A stretch of 64,000 bases of DNA from Anaeromyxobacteraceae bacterium (lineage in GTDB: Bacteria; Myxococcota; Myxococcia; Myxococcales; Anaeromyxobacteraceae), in assembly GCA_047602405.1 (NCBI GenBank), contig JASGHJ010000001.1, forward strand, positions 1,632,001-1,696,000, in the 5' to 3' direction. The notes below the pieces were generated by a model, which had not been told where the DNA came from, searched no databases, and was given only the letters and a program-made list of their open reading frames with translations. How positions within the stretch are numbered: position 1 is the first letter of the stretch; each line of letters begins with the position of its first letter. The position numbers and the translations under genes were made by a program. Shown piece after piece: positions 52,079 through 63,032 of the stretch.

Positions 52079-53346
52079 CGATGCCCCCTCTTCTTCGTCT
52101 TCTTCCCCGTCCGCCCCGAGCGTAGGCCCGCGGAGCGGGCCGGAGACGAGGGGCGCGCCGCGAGCGCCCTGCGCACGTGATCCACGTCCTTGTCGCCGCG
52201 GCCGGAGACGTTGACGACGACGAGGCCGTCCGGCCCGAGCGCCTTCGCGACCTTGCGCGCCGCGGAGACCGCGTGGGCGGTCTCGAGCGCCGGGATGATG
52301 CCCTCGGTGCGCGCGAGGTACGTGAGCGCCTCGAGCGCCTCCTGGTCGGTCGCCTGCATCAGCGTGAGCCGGCCCGAGTCCTTGAGGTACGAGAGCTCCG
52401 GCCCGACGCCCGGGTAGTCGAGCCCGGCGCTGATCGAGTGGGCCTCGGCGATCTGGCCGTGCGTGTCCTGGAGCACGTAGCTCCTGGAGCCGTGCAGCAC
52501 GCCCGGCGTGCCCTTCGCGAGCGCCGCGCCGTGCTTGCCCGTCGAGAGCCCGAGCCCGGCCGCCTCGACGCCCACCAGCTTCACGGTGGCGTCGTCCAGG
52601 AAGCCGGAGAAGATCCCCATCGCGTTCGACCCGCCGCCGACGCACGCGACCACCGCGTCGGGCAGCCGGCCCGCGACCTCGAGGCACTGCCGCCGCGCCT
52701 CGCGCCCGATGACCGACTGGAAGTCGCGCACGAGCGCGGGGTAGGGGTGCGGCCCGGCCACCGAGCCGATGATGTAGTGCGTGTCGCGGACGTTCGTGAC
52801 CCAGTCCCGCAGGGCCTCGTTCATCGCGTCCTTGAGCGTGCGCGAGCCGGCCTGGACCGGGATCACCCGCGCCCCCATCAGCTCCATCCGGAAGACGTTG
52901 AGCGCCTGCCGCTCGACGTCGAGCGCGCCCATGTAGACGTCGCACGGCAGCCCGAACAGCGCCGCGGCCGTCGCGGTCGCCACCCCGTGCTGCCCCGCCC
53001 CCGTCTCCGCGATGATGCGCGTCTTGCCCATCCGCCGGGCGAGGAGCACCTGCCCGAGGGTGTTGTTCACCTTGTGCGCCCCGGTGTGGCACAGGTCCTC
53101 GCGCTTCAGCAGCACGCGGCACCCGCCCGCGTCCGCGGACATGCGTCGCGCCTCCCCGAGCGGCGTCTCCCGCCCCGCGAACCGCACGAGGAGCTCCTCG
53201 AGCTCCGCCTGGAACGCCGGCTCCGCGCGCGCCGCCTTCCACGCCGCCTCGAGCTCGTCGAGCGCCGGCACGAGCGTCTCCGGCACGTACCTTCCTCCGT
53301 ACGTCCCGTACCGTCCAAGCGCGTCCGGCAACGTCCCCGTGCTCAT
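52075..53346 (-). CDS. trpB: Tryptophan synthase beta
   Basis: [49 protein letters not shown]. Confidence 0.97.
   Translation of the reverse strand: MSTGTLPDALGRYGTYGGRYVPETLVPALDELEAAWKAARAEPAFQAELEELLVRFAGRETPLGEARRMSADAGGCRVLLKREDLCHTGAHKVNNTLGQVLLARRMGKTRIIAETGAGQHGVATATAAALFGLPCDVYMGALDVERQALNVFRMELMGARVIPVQAGSRTLKDAMNEALRDWVTNVRDTHYIIGSVAGPHPYPALVRDFQSVIGREARRQCLEVAGRLPDAVVACVGGGSNAMGIFSGFLDDATVKLVGVEAAGLGLSTGKHGAALAKGTPGVLHGSRSYVLQDTHGQIAEAHSISAGLDYPGVGPELSYLKDSGRLTLMQATDQEALEALTYLARTEGIIPALETAHAVSAARKVAKALGPDGLVVVNVSGRGDKDVDHVRRALAARPSSPARSAGLRSGRTGKKTKKRGHR
52107..52152 (-). repeat. REP-like repeat, copy 9, inside the trpB 3' end
   Basis: Reverse complement CCCTCGTCTCCG-hairpin-CTACGCTCGGGGCGGACGG, translated as [15 protein letters not shown]. 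Confidence 0.85.
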
Positions 53347-54038
53347 ACGTCCCTCTCCCGATGCAGAGGCGGATGCGCCGCCCCCCGCGCCCCCGCCACG
53401 AACGCCCTCATCTTCCCCTCGTCCTTCACCCCTGGCGCGCTCTCCACCCCGCTCGCCACGTCCACCGCCCAGGGGCGAACCACCCGCACCGCCTCCCCCA
53501 CGTTCTCCTCCCGCAACCCACCCGCGAGCACGATCTTCATCCCCTTCGCGACCGCCCTCCGGGCAAGGTCCCAGTCGAACACGACCCCCGCCCCCCCGAA
53601 CCCCGCCGACGGCGCATCGAGCAGCACCGCCACCGCCCCCGCCGCGAGCCACGCCGCCCCCGCCTCCACGTCGCCCTCCGACGAGACCCGCAGCGCCTTC
53701 ACGACCGGCACCCCGAGCCCGCGCGCGAGCTCGAGCGGCTCGTCCCCGTGCAGCTGCACCGCCTGCACTCCCGACACACGCACCGCCTCCACGAGCTCCG
53801 CCCGCGAGAACCCGACGGTCACCGCGACGGCCGCGACGCGCGAGGGCAAGAGCTTCACCAGCCCCGCCACCTCCGCCGCCGCGACGTACCGCTTCGACCC
53901 CGGCCACAGGTTGAACCCGATCGCGTCCGCGCCCGCCTCGACCGCCGCCCGCACGTCCTCCGGCCGGCGCACGCCGCAGATCTTCACGAGCGGCCGCGCG
54001 GCCGGAGGCGCGCCCGGGTCGAGGAACCGCGGGATCAC
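53343..54038 (-). CDS. trpF: Phosphoribosylanthranilate isomerase
   Basis: [28 protein letters not shown]. Confidence 0.95.
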   Translation of the reverse strand: MIPRFLDPGAPPAARPLVKICGVRRPEDVRAAVEAGADAIGFNLWPGSKRYVAAAEVAGLVKLLPSRVAAVAVTVGFSRAELVEAVRVSGVQAVQLHGDEPLELARGLGVPVVKALRVSSEGDVEAGAAWLAAGAVAVLLDAPSAGFGGAGVVFDWDLARRAVAKGMKIVLAGGLREENVGEAVRVVRPWAVDVASGVESAPGVKDEGKMRAFVAGARGAAHPPLHRERDV

Positions 54039-54814
54039 GCCGTCATCTCCCGGATCATCGCCCCGGGATCCGCCGCGCGCACGAGCGCCTCGCCCACGAG
54101 CAGGTTCGCCGCCCCCGCCCGCCGGAGCCGCCGCGCGTCCTCCGCGGTCCGCACCCCGCTCTCCGCGACGCCTCGCACCGAGGCCGGCAGCCCGGGCAGG
54201 ATCCGCTCGGACGCCGCGAGGTCCACCTGGAACGTGCGCAGGTCGCGGTTGTTCACGCCCACGATCCGCGCCCCCGCCGCGAGCGCGACCTCGACCTCGG
54301 CGGCGTCGTGCACCTCGACCAGCGCGGCGAGGCCGAGGGCCTCGCAGTCGTCGTGGAGCCGCCGGAGCACGTCCGGCGCGAGCGCCGCCACGATGAGGAG
54401 CGCGGCGTCCGCGCCGTGCGCGCGGGCCTCGAGGAGCTGGTAGCGGTCGACCGTGAAGTCCTTGCGGAGCAGCGGCACGCCCACCGCCGCGCGCACCGCG
54501 GCGAGGTCGGCGAGCGAGCCGCCGAAGCCCGGGCCGTCGGTGAGGACCGAGACGCAGGCCGCGCCCGCCGCGGCGTAGCGCCGGGCCTGGTCCACCGCGT
54601 CGAGCCCGCTCGCGATGGCGCCGGCCGACGGGCTCGCGCGCTTCACCTCGGCGATCACCCGCACCGGGCCGCCGGGCAGGGACAGCGCCGCCTCGAACGG
54701 CCGGGGCGGGGCGGCGTCGCGGGCGCGCGCCTCGAGCTCGCGGTCGGGCTCGGTGGCGCGGCGCGCGGCGACCTCGTCGCGCTTGCGGGCCAGGATGTCG
54801 GCGAGGAACTTCAT
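54035..54814 (-). CDS. trpC: Indole-3-glycerol phosphate synthase
   Basis: [31 protein letters not shown]. Confidence 0.96.
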   Translation of the reverse strand: MKFLADILARKRDEVAARRATEPDRELEARARDAAPPRPFEAALSLPGGPVRVIAEVKRASPSAGAIASGLDAVDQARRYAAAGAACVSVLTDGPGFGGSLADLAAVRAAVGVPLLRKDFTVDRYQLLEARAHGADAALLIVAALAPDVLRRLHDDCEALGLAALVEVHDAAEVEVALAAGARIVGVNNRDLRTFQVDLAASERILPGLPASVRGVAESGVRTAEDARRLRRAGAANLLVGEALVRAADPGAMIREMTA

Positions 54815-55821
54815 GGCGCCCGCGTGGCGGCGACGAGCCGGGCGAGCTTGTCGGCCGCGTGGCCGCGGTCGATCGCCTCGGCGCCGACCCGGACGCCCTC
54901 CGGGAGGTCCTTCGCGGCGCCGGCGCAGACGAGCGCCGCGGCCGCGTTCGCGAGGGCGGCGTCGCGGCAGGCGCCCTTCTGGCCGCCGAGCACCTCGCGC
55001 AGGATGGTCGCGTTCCGCTCGGCGTCGCCGCCCAGGATCTCGCGCTCCTCGTGGCGGCCGAGGCCGAGGTCCTCGGGCTGCACGGTGAAGCGCTCGACGC
55101 CCGCGCCCTTCACCTCGCAGACGTGAGTCATGCCGGTGACCGCGATCTCGTCGAGCCCCGCGCCGTGCACCACGAAGGCGTGCGCCGCGCCGAGGGCCGA
55201 CAGCACGCCGCCGATGATGGGGACCCACCGCGGCTCGTACACGCCCATGACCTGGTGGCGCGCGCCGGCCGGGTTCGCGAGCGGCCCGAGCAGGTTGAAG
55301 ACGGTGCGCACGCCGAGCTCGCGCCGGATGCCGGCGACCGCCTTGAAGGCGGGGTGCAGGCGCGGCGCGAAGAGGAAGCCGATGCCGACGACGTCGATGG
55401 CGCGCTCGACCGCCTCCTTCGGCGCGTCGACGTTGACGCCCAGCGCGGCGAGCACGTCCGCCGACCCCGAGCGCGAGGAGACCGCGCGGTTGCCGTGCTT
55501 CGCGACGGTCACGCCCGCGCCCGCCACGATGAACGCGGCGGTCGTCGAGATGTTGAAGGTGTGCCGCCCGTCGCCGCCGGTGCCGCAGGTGTCCACGAAG
55601 ACCGGCTTCGCGACGTGGACGCGATCGACGCGGGCGCGCATGACCTCCGCCGCGCCCGCGATCTCGTCCACCGACTCGCCCTTGAGCCGGAGCGCCGCGA
55701 GGTACGCGCCGACCTGCGCGGGCGTCGCGCCGCCGTCGGCGATCTCGGTCATGACCTCGGCCGACTGGGCGCGGGTGAGGGACTTCCCGTCGAGGAGCGC
55801 GGCCACCGCCTGCTGGATCAT
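54811..55821 (-). CDS. trpD: Anthranilate phosphoribosyltransferase
   Basis: DTCGTGGDG, NIST, KHGNRAVSS, GPLANP. Confidence 0.96.
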   Translation of the reverse strand: MIQQAVAALLDGKSLTRAQSAEVMTEIADGGATPAQVGAYLAALRLKGESVDEIAGAAEVMRARVDRVHVAKPVFVDTCGTGGDGRHTFNISTTAAFIVAGAGVTVAKHGNRAVSSRSGSADVLAALGVNVDAPKEAVERAIDVVGIGFLFAPRLHPAFKAVAGIRRELGVRTVFNLLGPLANPAGARHQVMGVYEPRWVPIIGGVLSALGAAHAFVVHGAGLDEIAVTGMTHVCEVKGAGVERFTVQPEDLGLGRHEEREILGGDAERNATILREVLGGQKGACRDAALANAAAALVCAGAAKDLPEGVRVGAEAIDRGHAADKLARLVAATRAP

Positions 55822-56411
55822 GGCGCCTCCACGGGCGCGAGCCGCGCGAGCCAGTTGCCGAGGAGCCGCTTGCCCTCGACGGTGAGGATGGACTCGGGGT
55901 GGAACTGCACGCCCTCGACCTCGAGGCCCGCGTGGCGGAGCCCCATGATCTCGCCCTCGTCGGTCCAGCTCGTGACCTTCAGGGCGGCGGGGAGCGTCTC
56001 GCGCTCGACCACGAGCGAGTGGTACCGGCCCGCCTCGAACGGCCGCGAGAGCCCGGCGTAGAGGCCGGTGCCGTCGTGGAGCACCGGGCTCGCCTTGCCG
56101 TGCACGATGCGGTGGTTGCGGACCACCTTCCCGCCGAAGGCCTGGCCGATGGCCTGGTGGCCGAGGCACACGCCGAGGATCGGGAGCACGCCCGAGAGCT
56201 CCCGGATCGCCGCGAGCGTGACGCCCGCCTCGTCCGGGGTGCACGGGCCCGGCGAGAGCACGAGCCCGTCGGGCCTCCGCGCCCGGATCCCCGCGACGTC
56301 AATCTGGTCGTTGCGGTGGACCTCGACGTCCGCGCCGAGCTCGCCCAGGTACTGGACGAGGTTGAAGGTGAACGAGTCGTAGTTGTCGACGAGCAGGAGG
56401 CGCGGGCTCAT
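55818..56411 (-). CDS. trpG: Anthranilate synthase component II
   Basis: DNYDSFT, SPGP, GVCLGHQ, RYHSL, QFHPES. Confidence 0.95.
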   Translation of the reverse strand: MSPRLLLVDNYDSFTFNLVQYLGELGADVEVHRNDQIDVAGIRARRPDGLVLSPGPCTPDEAGVTLAAIRELSGVLPILGVCLGHQAIGQAFGGKVVRNHRIVHGKASPVLHDGTGLYAGLSRPFEAGRYHSLVVERETLPAALKVTSWTDEGEIMGLRHAGLEVEGVQFHPESILTVEGKRLLGNWLARLAPVEAP

Positions 56412-57932
56412 GACCGGCTCCTCTTCTTCTTCGCGGCCGGCCGCTTCATCACCCGCGCCCCGGCCGTGAGCCGCTGCTCCGCCTGCGCCACCGCCGTGAA
56501 CACCGCGCGGGCCTTGTTCATCGTCTCCTGGTACTCCGCCGCGGGCACCGAGTCGTAGACGACGCCGGCCCCGGACTGGGCCGAGACGCGGCCCTTCGAC
56601 GCCATCAGGGTGCGGATGGCGATGCACATCTCCATGTCGCCGCCGCGGTCGAAGTAGCCGACCGCCCCCGCGTACGGGCCGCGGCGGGCGGGCTCGAGCT
56701 CGTCGATGATCTCCATCGCCCGCACCTTGGGCGAGCCGCTGACGGTGCCGGCGGGGAAGCTCGCCCGCAGCACGTCGACCGCGTTCTGCCCCTCGGCGAG
56801 CCGGCCGCGCACCTCCGAGACGAGGTGCATCACGTGCGAGTACCGCTCGACCACCTTGAGCTGGGCCACCTTCACGGTGCCGGTCGCCGCGACGCGGCCC
56901 ACGTCGTTGCGGCCGAGGTCGACGAGCATGACGTGCTCGGCGTTCTCCTTCGGGTCGGCGCGCAGCTCCGCCTCGTAGCGGCCGTCCTCCTCGGGGTCCT
57001 TGCCGCGCGGGCGGGTCCCGGCGATCGGGCGCAGGGTCACCTCGCCGGCCTCGAGCTTCACGAGCGTCTCGGGCGAGGAGCCCACGAGCGCGCGGTCCCC
57101 GTCCTTCACGAAGAAGAGGTACGGCGACGGGTTCACCCGCCGGAGCGCGCGGTAGATCTCGAACGGCGCGAGGTCGGTCTCGGCGTCGAAGCGCTGCGAG
57201 AGCACGATCTGCTGGCAGTCACCGGCGGTGATGTAGGCGCGGGCGCGGGCGACCGCGGCCTCGAACACCTCGCGCGGCACCCGGGGGCGGAGCTCGGCGT
57301 GCCGCCTCGGCACCGGGCGGCGGTCGCGCAGCGGCCGGGCGAGCACCGCGAGGCGCCGGCGGAGCTTCCCGAGCGCGGCCCGGTAGAGCCGCCGCGGGTC
57401 GTCGTCCGCGCCGACCCGGACCTCGCAGATCACGTGGATGGAGTGGCGGAGGGCGTCGAACGCCACGACCTCGTCGAAGTCCATGAGGAGGACGTCGTCG
57501 AAGCCGGACTCGTCGGCCTTCGCGATGGGCACCCGCGGCTCGAACTCCTTCACCGCGTCGTACGAGACGTGGCCCACCAGGCCGCCCGAGAAGCGCGGCG
57601 TGCCCGGGACGCGGACCGCGCGGTGCGAGGCGAGCGCGGCGCGCACCACGCCGAACGGGTCGCCCGGCTGCCCGAGCCTCCAGCGCAGCACGCTGCGCGG
57701 CCCGGCGCCGAGGAAGGAGAACCGCGCGCTGCGCTCCCCGCCCTCCACCGACTCGAGCAGGAACGCGTGCTTCTCGCCGCGCGAGAGCTTGAGGAAGGCC
57801 GACACCGGGGTCTCGGTGTCGGCGTCGACCTCGACCCGCACCGGGACCGCGCGGCCGGGCCGCGCGAGCTCCAGGAACGTCTCGAGGTCGGGGACCGCCT
57901 TCAGATCAGCCGCGCCAAAGAAACACCGTCAT
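56408..57932 (-). CDS. trpE: Anthranilate synthase component I; the start ATG at 57932 needs a +1 shift near 57917
   Basis: [45 protein letters not shown]. The frame is open to 57928 but has no ATG/GTG/TTG upstream of 57841. Confidence 0.93.
57906..57932 (-). other. 8-codon zero-frame [11 protein letters not shown] with a CTT-TGG-C putative +1 frameshift site
   Basis: ATG ACG GTG TTT CTT TGG CGC GGC TGA; the ATG overlaps the panD stop (ATGA); GGAG lies upstream. Confidence 0.55.
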
Positions 57933-58340
57933 GACGTGAGGCTCCGTTCCCGCGATGCACGCTGGGGGCCGGCGACCTCGACGGCGTTCCCGTTCGCGAT
58001 GTGGTTGTGCGCGTCGACGAGCACGACCGTGGGCTTCCACTCCCGCGCCTCGGACTCTTCCATGTCCGCGAAGGTGGCGAGGATGACGAGGTCGCCCGGC
58101 TGGTTGAGGTGGGCGGCCGCGCCGTTGATGCAGATGACGCCGCTGCCCCGCTCGCCCTTGAGGGCGTACGTCTGGAGCCGGGTGCCGCGGGTGACGTTCC
58201 AGACGTGGACCGCCTCGTGCTCCCAGAATCCCTGCCGCGTCCATGAGCGCCTCGTCGATCGTCACGGAGCCCTCGTAGTCGAGGTCCGCGTGGGTCACGG
58301 TCGCGCGGTGGATCTTGGACTTGAAGAGTGTGCGCCGCAT
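57929..58340 (-). CDS. panD: Aspartate 1-decarboxylase (frameshift near 58223)
   Basis: [10 protein letters not shown]...YEG-SVTID, then [20 protein letters not shown]. Confidence 0.93.
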
Positions 58341-58392
58341 CGGGAAGATTTCGATCTGTACAACCCAATCCGACCCTGCGCAAGGCTTCCCC

Positions 58393-60223
58393 ATGACGAA
58401 GACCCTCGCCGCCGTCGCCGCGCTGGTACTCGCGGGCTGCGCCCATCCTCGCGCCGCCGCACCGGCGTCGCCCGCGCCGGCGGAGCCGGCGATCGACGCC
58501 GCCCGCGCCCGCGCCGAGGTGACCTGGCTCGCCGACCCCGCCCGCACGGGCCGGGGGACCGGCACCCCGGGCAACCCCGCCGCCGCGGCCTGGATCGAGG
58601 AGCGCCTCCGGGAGGCCGGCCTCGCGCCCGCCTTCCCGGGCGGCTACACGCAGCCGCTCGAGGCCCCGTACCAGGCCTCGCTCCGGCCCGGCAACGCGCT
58701 CTCGGTCGGCGCGCGGGCGCTCGCGCTCGGCGAGGGGTTCGTGCCCTTCGGCTTCTCCGACGACGGCACGGTGCGCGGCGAGCTCGTCTGGGCGGGCTAC
58801 GGCATCACCGCGCCGGAGCTCGCCTACGACGACTACGCCGGCCTCGACGTGAAGGGGAAGATCGTGCTCGTCGCGCAGGACTTCCCGCGCGAGGAGGACG
58901 CCGCCTCGCCCTTCCGCGACCCGCGCAACTACCGCTACGGCGAGTGGCGCCACAAGGCCGCGAACGCGCGCGACCACGGCGCGGCGGGCGTCGTGATGGT
59001 GCGCGACGGCTGGAACCACGCGGGCGCCGACACGCTGCCGCCGTGGAAGGGGCAGGTCGCCTCCCGCGCCGGCATCGTCGCGGCGCGCGCGACGGCGCAG
59101 GCGCTCGCCGCCGCCGACGTCAACGTGGCCGCGCTCGCCGCGCCCGGGCAGGTGGACGGGAAGCCCCACTCGCGGGCGCTCGGGGTCCCCGCCTCGATCA
59201 GCGCGGCCATCGAGCACGAGCACGCGACCACCGCGAACGTCGCGGCGCTCCTCCCGGGCGCCGACCCCGCCGTCGCGGGCGAGTGCGTGGTCGTGGGCGC
59301 GCACTACGATCACCTCGGCCTCGGGGGCGAGACGTCGCTCGCCCCCGATCGGCTCGGCCAGGTCCACCCCGGCGCCGACGACAACGCGTCGGGCGTGGCC
59401 GCGATGCTCGCGGTCGCCCGGGCGCTCTTCGCCGGGCCCGCGCCGCGCCGCACCGTCCTCTTCGTCGCGTTCGCCGCCGAGGAGATCGGCCTCCTCGGCT
59501 CCGCCGAGCTCGTGCGCGCCCCGCCGCCCGCGTGCCCGGTCGAGCGGATGTCGCTCATGGTGAACCTCGACATGGTCGGGCGCCTGCGCGCGCGGCGGCT
59601 CTACGTCGACGGCGCCGACACCGGCAAGGGACTCCGCGACGTCGTGAAGGCGGCCGCGGCGGGCCCCTCCGCGCTGCCGCTCGACCTCGCCTTCGGCGGC
59701 GACGGGAACGGCCCCTCCGACCACACGAGCTTCCACGCGCGGCGGGTCCCGGTGCTCTACCTCTTCACCGGCGCGCACGGCGACTACCACCGCCCGGGCG
59801 ACACCGCCGACAAGGTCGACGAGGGCGGGATCGCCACCATCGCCCGGCTCACCGCCCGCACGGTGGCGGCGGTGGCGGCGCTGCCCGCCCGGCTCGAGGT
59901 GGTGATGAGCGCGGGCGGGCCACCCTCGCAGGCCCGCGGCGGCGAGCGTGGGTACGGCGCCTACCTCGGCACCATCCCGGACTTCGGCGAGCGGAAGGCG
60001 CCCGGCGTGCTCGTGAGCGGCGTGAAGCCGGGCAGCCCCGCCGAGAAGGCGGGGATCGCGGGCGGCGACGTCCTCCTGCGCATCGGCGCGAGGAAGATGG
60101 CGAGCCTGCACGACCTCGTGGACGCGCTGCGGGCCGGTCGCCCGGGCGACGTCGTCGAGGTCGAGCTCCAGCGCGCCGGCGAGACGAAGGTCGTGAAGGT
60201 GACGCTGGAAGAAGCGGAGGTAG
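58393..60223 (+). CDS. M28 peptidase lipoprotein with PA and PDZ domains (frameshift near 60210)
   Basis: Lipobox [43 protein letters not shown] motif YLGTIPD...GSPAEKAG. Confidence 0.9.
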
Positions 60224-60244
60224 CGGCGGTACGTTGGCCCCGGC

Positions 60245-62854
60245 GTGACCTCTCCCCTCGCAGCGCGGCGCCTGGAGGTGTTCGCGGCCGCCAGGGCGGA
60301 CGCCGGGTTCCTGCGGCTGTCGTCCGACCGGCTGCGCTTCTCGCTCGGGACCTCGCTCGCCGACCTGAAGGTGCCGGTCGAGGTCGCGGCGGACGTGCGC
60401 GCGATCGTGCAGGGCGCCATGGTCGAGGTGGCGCTCCTCGTCTCGAGCCAGCACCGGAGCATCCTCGGCGCCGAGCTCACCGACCGGATCATCCTGCGCG
60501 AGGAGTTCGCGCGGATGCCGCAGCCGCCCGCGCAGCTGTCGGCCCCGGGCGGCAACCCCGACCTCCGCACCGCCGCGCAGACCGCGCCCGCCGTGCACCC
60601 CGCGCTGTGGGGCGGCCTCGTCGGCGCGTGGATGGGGAAGGGCGGCCGGGGGCGATCGCTCGTCGCGCTCTGGATCGAGCTCCTCCGCCGCGGCTTCGAG
60701 GAGATGCGCCGGTGGCGGCGCCACGAGGAGACGCCCTACCTCGTCGCGCTCGTGCTCGCCGCCGAGACGCTCGCCGCCGAGCGCGCGCTGCGGGACGCCC
60801 TGCCGCCGCCGCCGGTCGACCGCTGGGTGTCCTCCGCGGCGATGGCGGCCGGCTGGCTCGCGGCGCGGACCGGCCTCGCCCGGGCGTGGCGCGACGCCGG
60901 GCTCGACCACGCCGACCCGCTCCTCGCCCGCCTCGAGGCGGTGCTCTCGCCCGGCGCGCTCGCGGGCGCCCGCGCCGCCGCGGCGGCCGGCGGCCTCACC
61001 GTCTACGGCTGCGAGCTCCTCGCCGGGATCCCGGCCGGCGACGCCCACGCCGAGGCGCTCGCGGGCGGCGCCGATCCCGCCGACGTGGAGGCGCTCGTCC
61101 GGCAGGCCGTCGACGCCGACCGGGAGGTGGCGCGCGCCGCCGAGCAGGCGGTGGCCGAGGCGCGGCTGCGTGACATGCTCGGCGAGGGCATCGTGCGCGC
61201 GGAGGCCGACGGGCTCGGGCCCGCGCTCGACCCGCTCCGCCGCCGCTTCACCGCGCCCGGCGTCATCGCCGCGACCATCGAGGACGAGGCCGAGCGCGCC
61301 GCCTTCGAGGCCGAGCTCGCCGCGCTCGGCAAGCGCACGCAGGACGGACCGCTCACGCCGCTCGCGCGCACGCTCTCGCGCTGGCGCGAGACCGATCCCG
61401 CGGCCTCGGTGGGGCTCGGGCACGGCGCGGCGCGGGACCAGTACGCCCGCGCCGCGACCACCTACCTCTGCGACGTCGCGCTCGAGCGCCGGGTCGCGCA
61501 GGCGCGCCGGCACCTCGTCGTCCGGACCGGCCGCGAGGCCGAGGGCGGCGCGCAGGTGGAGTGGGAGGCCGGCCGGCTCTACCGGTTCTCGGTGAAGCCG
61601 GGGCGCATCCTGCAGGACCGGCCGGACAAGCCGGTGGCGCACCTCTTCGCCGACATGAAGGACTTCACGCGGCGGACCGAGCTCCTCGGACAGGCCGCGA
61701 TGGCGGAGTTCCTCCGCAGCGCCTTCTACGGCCCGATCCTGACCCTGGCCCGCGAGCACGCCGGGGGGATGACCCACCTCTCCGACCGCGGCGGCGTCGC
61801 GGTGAACAACCTCATGGGCGACGCGATCAGCCTCTCCGGCGAGATCGGGTCCATGGTCGGCGTCTCCCGGGGGATCCGCGCCCACCTCGCCGGCATGGCC
61901 GCCCGCCTCGCGCGCGAGATCTCGCAGGAGGCCATCGCCCGCGAGCTCACCGCCATCGAGGCGGCGCACGGGGAGGCGGCCGCGGGGGCGGGGGCGGCGC
62001 GCGCGCAGCTCGAGGAGGCGCTGGCCGCGGAGCCGCAGGGGACGCCGCGGCACGCGGCGCTCTGGCACCGCGCGGTGCGCGCGCGCGCCGAGGAGGACCG
62101 CGTGCGCGGCGAGCGCGAGCGGGCGCTGGCGCGGGCGCGGGGCGAGGAGCTCGAGGCGGGCGTGTTCCTGTCGTTCGGGGCGCCGCCGGTGGTGGTCGTC
62201 GTCGAGGACGAGATCTTCGGCGTGAACCGCGTGGCGGTGGCCGAGAAGATCAACGAGTCGGCCCGCGGCACCGCCCGCGTGCCCTCCGCGCGGGCGCGCG
62301 CCGACGCCGCGCTCGCGCGGGAGCGGGCCCGGCCCGGCGCCGCCGGCGTCGCGCACGCGTGGTCGGTGTTCGTGGGCCAGCCGCTCGCCATCCCGATCCC
62401 GCCGGACCTCGAGGAGGCTGCGCTCCGGCAGCTCAGGCTGGGCGACGGCGCGGGCGCGATGCGCACGCTCTCGCCGCCGGTGCGCGAGGCGCTCGACCGG
62501 CTCGGGCGGCAGGACGTGGAGCGCCCGGGCGACGTGTGGAACGGCGGGGCGGCGCTCTCCGAGGAGGCGCTCGAGGCGTTCCTCGCCGACGCGGGCGCGA
62601 CACGGACGGTGAAGCGGCTCGAGCTCGAGCTCGAGGCGATCCCCCAGGCGCTGCGCGACCGCTGGTTCTACGGCGAGGAGCCGCTCACGCTCGTCGCCTG
62701 CTTCGACCCGGGCTCCGGCCGGCTCTCCGAGCTGTTCCGCCGGGTCGGGCGGGCGGCGTTCAAGGGGATGGCGGGGGTCACCGTGTGGGAGCTCTGCGCC
62801 GAGGGCGGCGGGCCTGGCGCCCTCGGCGCCGCCCTGGCCCCGACCTGGCGCTAG
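60245..62854 (+). CDS. Large protein with a split class III nucleotidyl-cyclase-like domain
   Basis: HLFADMKDFT, NLMGDAI and INESAR motifs separated by a helical insert. Confidence 0.55.
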   Translation: MTSPLAARRLEVFAAARADAGFLRLSSDRLRFSLGTSLADLKVPVEVAADVRAIVQGAMVEVALLVSSQHRSILGAELTDRIILREEFARMPQPPAQLSAPGGNPDLRTAAQTAPAVHPALWGGLVGAWMGKGGRGRSLVALWIELLRRGFEEMRRWRRHEETPYLVALVLAAETLAAERALRDALPPPPVDRWVSSAAMAAGWLAARTGLARAWRDAGLDHADPLLARLEAVLSPGALAGARAAAAAGGLTVYGCELLAGIPAGDAHAEALAGGADPADVEALVRQAVDADREVARAAEQAVAEARLRDMLGEGIVRAEADGLGPALDPLRRRFTAPGVIAATIEDEAERAAFEAELAALGKRTQDGPLTPLARTLSRWRETDPAASVGLGHGAARDQYARAATTYLCDVALERRVAQARRHLVVRTGREAEGGAQVEWEAGRLYRFSVKPGRILQDRPDKPVAHLFADMKDFTRRTELLGQAAMAEFLRSAFYGPILTLAREHAGGMTHLSDRGGVAVNNLMGDAISLSGEIGSMVGVSRGIRAHLAGMAARLAREISQEAIARELTAIEAAHGEAAAGAGAARAQLEEALAAEPQGTPRHAALWHRAVRARAEEDRVRGERERALARARGEELEAGVFLSFGAPPVVVVVEDEIFGVNRVAVAEKINESARGTARVPSARARADAALARERARPGAAGVAHAWSVFVGQPLAIPIPPDLEEAALRQLRLGDGAGAMRTLSPPVREALDRLGRQDVERPGDVWNGGAALSEEALEAFLADAGATRTVKRLELELEAIPQALRDRWFYGEEPLTLVACFDPGSGRLSELFRRVGRAAFKGMAGVTVWELCAEGGGPGALGAALAPTWR

Positions 62855-62930
62855 ATCCACGGGTCCGTTGGGGAATTTGCGAGTTTCCGGGTTCTGCGCC
62901 TCGGACCGAGGTTGACAGCGGGTCAGTCAT

Positions 62931-62955
62931 ATAGTTTGTTCGCCGTACAAACAAA
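62931..62955. promoter_or_regulatory. ROK-family (XylR-like) operator
   Basis: ATAGTTTGT-TCGCCGT-ACAAACAAA inverted repeat just downstream of TTGACA (62912). Confidence 0.65.
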
Positions 62956-63032
62956 GCTGAAGGGGTCAGCTCGCCGCCCTTGGCGGCCCCACGGCCCCCC
63001 ACCGCGCCCGCTCCCGTCTCGGAGGATTCCCG

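Noticed and set aside
57841..57932. Classical trp transcription attenuator
   Set aside because: Only one Trp codon, no terminator/antiterminator hairpin or U-tract, and the short ORF overlaps the TrpE-coding frame.
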